From an uncultured Desulfobacterales bacterium (GTDB taxonomy: Bacteria > Desulfobacterota > Desulfobacteria > Desulfobacterales > C00003060), in NCBI GenBank assembly GCA_964502635.1, contig CAZCXI010000002.1:1-60360 (forward strand): a stretch of DNA of 60,360 nt, read 5' to 3'. Position numbers and translations under genes: made by a program. Every line of letters begins with the position of its first letter. The stretch's first letter is position 1. The notes below the pieces were generated by a model that was not told the origin of the DNA, searched no databases, and saw only the letters and a list, made by a program, of their open reading frames with translations. Shown piece by piece: positions 56,513-60,360 of the stretch.

Positions 56513-59500
56513 TCACTTCTCATCCAGCACTTCCCGGACTGTTGTGGCTATATCTCGCTTCAGGAAAGGCTTCATCACAAAAGCTCGGATTCCCATGGCC
56601 TTGGCCCGTAGTTCATCAATCCTGTCGCTATGGCCAGTGCAGAGAATGATTGGGATGTCTGGGCGAATTCTAATGACTTCTTTGGCCAACTTATCGCCCG
56701 TCATATGGGGCATGGTCATGTCCGTAATCACGAGATCAAACTTGTCAGGTTGGGCACGGAATGCTTCCAGGGCCTCCAGGCTGCTCATCCTGGTAACAAC
56801 CGCGTAGCCCAGCCGCTCCAGCATCTTTTTTGCCAAGTTCACCAAGGGTTGCTCATCATCAACAAAGAGTATTCGCTCGCTGCCTCCAGGAACGGCTTCA
56901 GGGGCCTCGGCTTCTGGTATGACTCCGCTCTCAACAGCGGGAAGGAGTATACGGAAAGTAGCCCCTTTTCCAGGCTCGCTATCTACCATGATGACACCAC
57001 CATGGTTTTTCACAATACCATGGACCACGGCAAGCCCCATGCCCGTGCCCTGGTCTACTTCCCTTGTGGTAAAATAGGGGTCAAAGATCCGGTCCATTAT
57101 TTCCGGCTCAATGCCATGGCCTGTGTCACTTACCGTGAGCCTGACATAGTTTCCTGGCTTTAAATCATCATACTGGCGCACCGCATCCTCATCAAGCTCC
57201 AGGTCCTCCAGGCCTATCTCCAGGAGTCCCCCCTCTTCTGCCATGGCATGGGCCGCGTTGGTACAAAAATTGATCAATACCTGGCTTATCTGGGTGGCAT
57301 CAGCAGACACCGTGTCTGACTCGGCTGAAATATGCTGGCGAATGTCAATGGTGGTTGGAAGAGAGGATCGCAATAGTTTTACAGATTCTTTGATAATGGG
57401 GCTAAGTTTTACAGGCTTTCGCTCCAGTTCTGTCTGGTGGCTGAAGGCAAGAATCTGCTTTACCATATCTTTTGCTCGTAAGCAGGCTTTGCGCACCTCC
57501 TTCAGGTTCTCTTGGGCTGTATACCACTCAGGCACTTCATCCATGGCCAATTCCGCATTGCCTAAAATGATACCAAGGACATTGTTAAAATCATGGGCAA
57601 TGCCTCCAGCCAGCGTGCCAATAGCTTCCATCTTGTGGGCTTGCTGGAGTTGCGCTTCGAGTTTCTTCTTGTCAGTGATGTCTTCCACAACCTCTATGAA
57701 TCCTGTCGCCCTTCCATCTTTTCCCGAAATTGGAAAAGCTTGAATCCTCCCATTAAAACGGCTTCCATCGTCTCTTACGCCCTCAGCCTCAACCTCCTCT
57801 GGGTGACCAGTCCCCATAGCCCGAACTCCAGGACAATGGGAACACATCCTCTCTCGTTTTTCGAATTCCCTAAAACATTTCTTGCCGACGAAATCACTAG
57901 GAGATTTCTCAAACATTCTTCCCTGGGCAGCGTTTGTCATAATTATGTTATGATCTAAATCTATCAGTGTCACCCCAAGTTCAATATTCTCCACAAGAGA
58001 TCGGTAGTGCTCTTCACTCTCCCGCAGCGCCTCCTCCGCTCGCTTGCGCTCCGTCACGTCTATACCCGTTCCCAATATCTGGACGATTTGGCCCGATGAA
58101 TCGCATATGGGAGTCAAGTTGACTAAGACATCAATAAATCCTCCATCTCTTGTTTTTGATCTGAATTCATAGTTTCCTACGAACTCACCCTTTAAGACTT
58201 GGGCAAAGTTCTTCCTGACTTCTTCCATTGAATCAGCACTAATCAGATCAGATCCGTTTGTGCCAATGATCTCTTCGGCAGAATAGCCAACTTTTTCAGT
58301 CCAGAACCGGTTGACGAAACCAAAACTTCCATTAGCATCGAGAGAAAAAACGAAGCTGTTTGTGGATTCAATCAACATGCGATACATGCTTTCACTCTTG
58401 CGCAGCTCCTCCTCCGCCCGCTTGCGCTCGGTGATCTCACGCCTCAGATCACTGTGCGTCTTCATAAGCTGTTCCAACATCCTGTCGAATTCTCTTCCAA
58501 GGGTCCCGATTTCATCTTGGCGCTGCATGGATAGACGACGTGAAAGATCACCGGTCCTTCCAATTGATAGGGCATGCTCCGTCAAAGCTGTTATCGGCCT
58601 GATAATTGTTCGCTGCAAAAGCAACAACATCAATATCAGTACAACCAGTGCTGATATCGACGTTGAAGTCAACACATAGCTCATTGTAGCGTGTCCTTTA
58701 GCAGAGATTTCCCTTGGAATCTTTGCCTTTATCAGGAGCGCTGGTTCGTTTTTGATGTCGGGATAGTTCGCGTAAATCAGCAGGTGGCTGTCTTGTTGAA
58801 TCACATGGGATGATTCTTGTGTGATCCGATTTGAGATTTCTCTTGTGGGTTCAGCCAATGAATCATCCTGAACAGGAAAAACCTTAAAGGGCACTTGTGT
58901 TTGGTCAACGAGCATCTTCACCATCTCATCGTTAAAAAAACACCCCATAATTAAGGAACCTCGAGCTGGTCCCTCATCATTGCTAGTTAGAATTGGCCGA
59001 GAGGATACCAGCATGGGGCCTTGCTCAGTCATAAAAACGCCGCAGATCTTTGCCTCCGACAGGGGCCTCTCGCCCGTTTCGTATGAGATTAAAGGATGAG
59101 TCTTTGGGAAAGCATCTTTTGGAAAACCCGCCAGTTCCACGGGTTCTTCTGTTTCCAGGTCATATATCTCACCCCAAACCACTATCCCATGTGTGTCGAT
59201 GACATAGATGAGATTAAGTCTACTAGCTGTGAACGTACTCAAAACCAGGTTGCTCTCAACATATTCCTTGGACCGAGATTTAACGAAGTCATATGTATCG
59301 TCCCACGACGACCAATCCAAGCAAGTAGTGTCGAGATGCTCAACCTCTCTTGTAACTGCTCGCATGCAGCGCCGCAAATCCGTTTGGGCTTCTTGGTATT
59401 CAAGATCTGTAAAGCTTGGGAGAATAATGAATTGTTGGATGACATAATTCGCTGCCCCGGACAAAATAAATACACCAAATAAGATGAGCCCAACTATGGA

Positions 59501-59515
59501 TCTTAATGATTTCAA
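56513..59515 (-). CDS. hybrid sensor histidine kinase (CHASE4-like, HAMP, PAS, HisKA-HATPase-REC)
   Basis: TTG 59515 with AGGAGGG upstream. Periplasmic DWSSWDDTYDFV (CHASE4-like), a HAMP domain, 3 PAS domains, AHDFNNVLG, GTGMGLAVV, and a receiver domain. Confidence 0.9.
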   Translation of the reverse strand: MKSLRSIVGLILFGVFILSGAANYVIQQFIILPSFTDLEYQEAQTDLRRCMRAVTREVEHLDTTCLDWSSWDDTYDFVKSRSKEYVESNLVLSTFTASRLNLIYVIDTHGIVVWGEIYDLETEEPVELAGFPKDAFPKTHPLISYETGERPLSEAKICGVFMTEQGPMLVSSRPILTSNDEGPARGSLIMGCFFNDEMVKMLVDQTQVPFKVFPVQDDSLAEPTREISNRITQESSHVIQQDSHLLIYANYPDIKNEPALLIKAKIPREISAKGHATMSYVLTSTSISALVVLILMLLLLQRTIIRPITALTEHALSIGRTGDLSRRLSMQRQDEIGTLGREFDRMLEQLMKTHSDLRREITERKRAEEELRKSESMYRMLIESTNSFVFSLDANGSFGFVNRFWTEKVGYSAEEIIGTNGSDLISADSMEEVRKNFAQVLKGEFVGNYEFRSKTRDGGFIDVLVNLTPICDSSGQIVQILGTGIDVTERKRAEEALRESEEHYRSLVENIELGVTLIDLDHNIIMTNAAQGRMFEKSPSDFVGKKCFREFEKRERMCSHCPGVRAMGTGHPEEVEAEGVRDDGSRFNGRIQAFPISGKDGRATGFIEVVEDITDKKKLEAQLQQAHKMEAIGTLAGGIAHDFNNVLGIILGNAELAMDEVPEWYTAQENLKEVRKACLRAKDMVKQILAFSHQTELERKPVKLSPIIKESVKLLRSSLPTTIDIRQHISAESDTVSADATQISQVLINFCTNAAHAMAEEGGLLEIGLEDLELDEDAVRQYDDLKPGNYVRLTVSDTGHGIEPEIMDRIFDPYFTTREVDQGTGMGLAVVHGIVKNHGGVIMVDSEPGKGATFRILLPAVESGVIPEAEAPEAVPGGSERILFVDDEQPLVNLAKKMLERLGYAVVTRMSSLEALEAFRAQPDKFDLVITDMTMPHMTGDKLAKEVIRIRPDIPIILCTGHSDRIDELRAKAMGIRAFVMKPFLKRDIATTVREVLDEK

Positions 59516-59531
59516 GTCACCCTCCTAGTCG

Positions 59532-59711
59532 TCAAAGCATTCTCTTCCAAATCCCTTGACCTTTTGCTCCATAAGTCTCCTTCACCTCATCATAGATGAA
59601 GTCAAAATCGACCCCGTTTTTAACCTTGCGTAGGATGTGATTCTGAGAGACTCTTTGATCCCCAATTATTCGTCGACAACGCCCCTGGCGGTCAGATATG
59701 TGAAAGGTATC
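59532..59711 (-). pseudogene. remnant of an IS5/IS1182-type (DUF772) transposase N-terminus
   Basis: A 59-codon frame without a start codon reads ..SQNHILRKVKNGVDFDFIYDEVKETYGAKGQGIWKRML*. This resembles the conserved DHLLRKID..IDFSFI...Y...GRP..DP..LFKML region, recalled from memory. Confidence 0.4.
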
Positions 59712-59764
59712 ACAGGTCTCAAGGCCTGGAATTCAAAGAGTTGAATTATCTCGACCAAAAAAAG

Positions 59765-60340
59765 CTAGTTCAAGTCTTTAGCTTTCCAGAATTTGGTTCC
59801 GGCTATGGTTGCTTGAAGAGCTACTCCGGCTTCTGTCAACTCGTAGATAATAATGCCAGTTTCGATGTAGGTTTCACCGCTCGCAGCGCCACCTTTATCT
59901 CCTGATTTGGCAGCAGCATCAGCCTGCCCCCCAAATCCCCACCCTTTCTCGACAAACTCATTCAATACTTCCTTGTTTTTGAATATGAATACTGCTCGGA
60001 AGTCCTTTATACCCATCCCCACACCGACCCCTACTGATCTCATTTTCATGTAGGTCTTCTGCTCTGTCGAATTATCGACCACGACCCCATAGCCACTGCC
60101 TCCGGCGAGCAGAAATATATATGTACCAATATTGCTAAATACTCCGTACCCAGCCGCCTTCTTGACCATGCTTTTTGTTTCTGGTTTCTCGGCATATAAT
60201 TTCGCCAGTGTCTCGTTTTTCATTTTCAGCACATGAGATCTTTGTTCCTGCTTGGTGATCCCCTTCGGAGTAGCACAACTCACTAGAGATCCAATGATTA
60301 CAAGAGATAGAAAACAATTTATGAGGCGACTCTTTCTCAT
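59765..60340 (-). CDS. lipoprotein, SYLF/DUF500-like
   Basis: Lipobox SLVSC. Gly-rich GGSGYGVVV...GVGVGMG...GFGGQADAAA pattern. Confidence 0.5.
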   Translation of the reverse strand: MRKSRLINCFLSLVIIGSLVSCATPKGITKQEQRSHVLKMKNETLAKLYAEKPETKSMVKKAAGYGVFSNIGTYIFLLAGGSGYGVVVDNSTEQKTYMKMRSVGVGVGMGIKDFRAVFIFKNKEVLNEFVEKGWGFGGQADAAAKSGDKGGAASGETYIETGIIIYELTEAGVALQATIAGTKFWKAKDLN

Positions 60341-60360
60341 AGCTAAACCTCCTTTTGTTT

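Overview
This is a 60.4-kb chromosomal window. Its gene content (in-frame UGA/Sec, a sigma-54 activator, an F0-only atp cluster next to rex, many PAS/GAF histidine kinases, hairpin REP-like repeats) suggests an anaerobic Desulfobacterota-type genome; that is an inference. Backbone genes include eno, a pentapeptide-repeat K+ channel, hemL, atpZ-atpI-atpB-atpE, rex, uvrA, pdxA and dnaA. There is also a signalling-flanked Mla-type lipid transport operon (mlaF'-mlaE-mlaF''-mlaD-mlaC-mlaA), a PP2C/Hanks kinase pair, and LysM envelope proteins. A cobalamin riboswitch controls an uptake operon (surface protein, TonB-dependent receptor, secreted protein). Further right lie a MenA-like prenyltransferase, a YidD-like/TPR pair and an IS200-like Y1 transposase. 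A visibly AT-richer accessory block (about 45.7-53.1 kb) carries a sigma-54 promoter and activator, outer-membrane beta-barrel genes, a stop-interrupted WD40 lipoprotein gene and vapBC. Two large hybrid histidine kinases follow. Items an ORF caller would miss: (1) a predicted selenocysteine DsbA (U-P-Y-C); (2) the cobalamin riboswitch with its terminator; (3) a 207-bp CTAG-bounded MITE-like element in two copies, one sitting exactly between two convergent stop codons; (4) mosaic REP/BIME-like hairpin repeats that now encode the 3' end of a gene; (5) two MlaF-type ATPases each fused to a degenerate GGDEF-like domain. The last, set among cyclase, cNMP and Ser/Thr-phosphorylation genes, is my best candidate for an undescribed regulatory arrangement. 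No CRISPR, rRNA or tRNA was seen. All calls come from reading the sequence and translations by eye; no searches were run.
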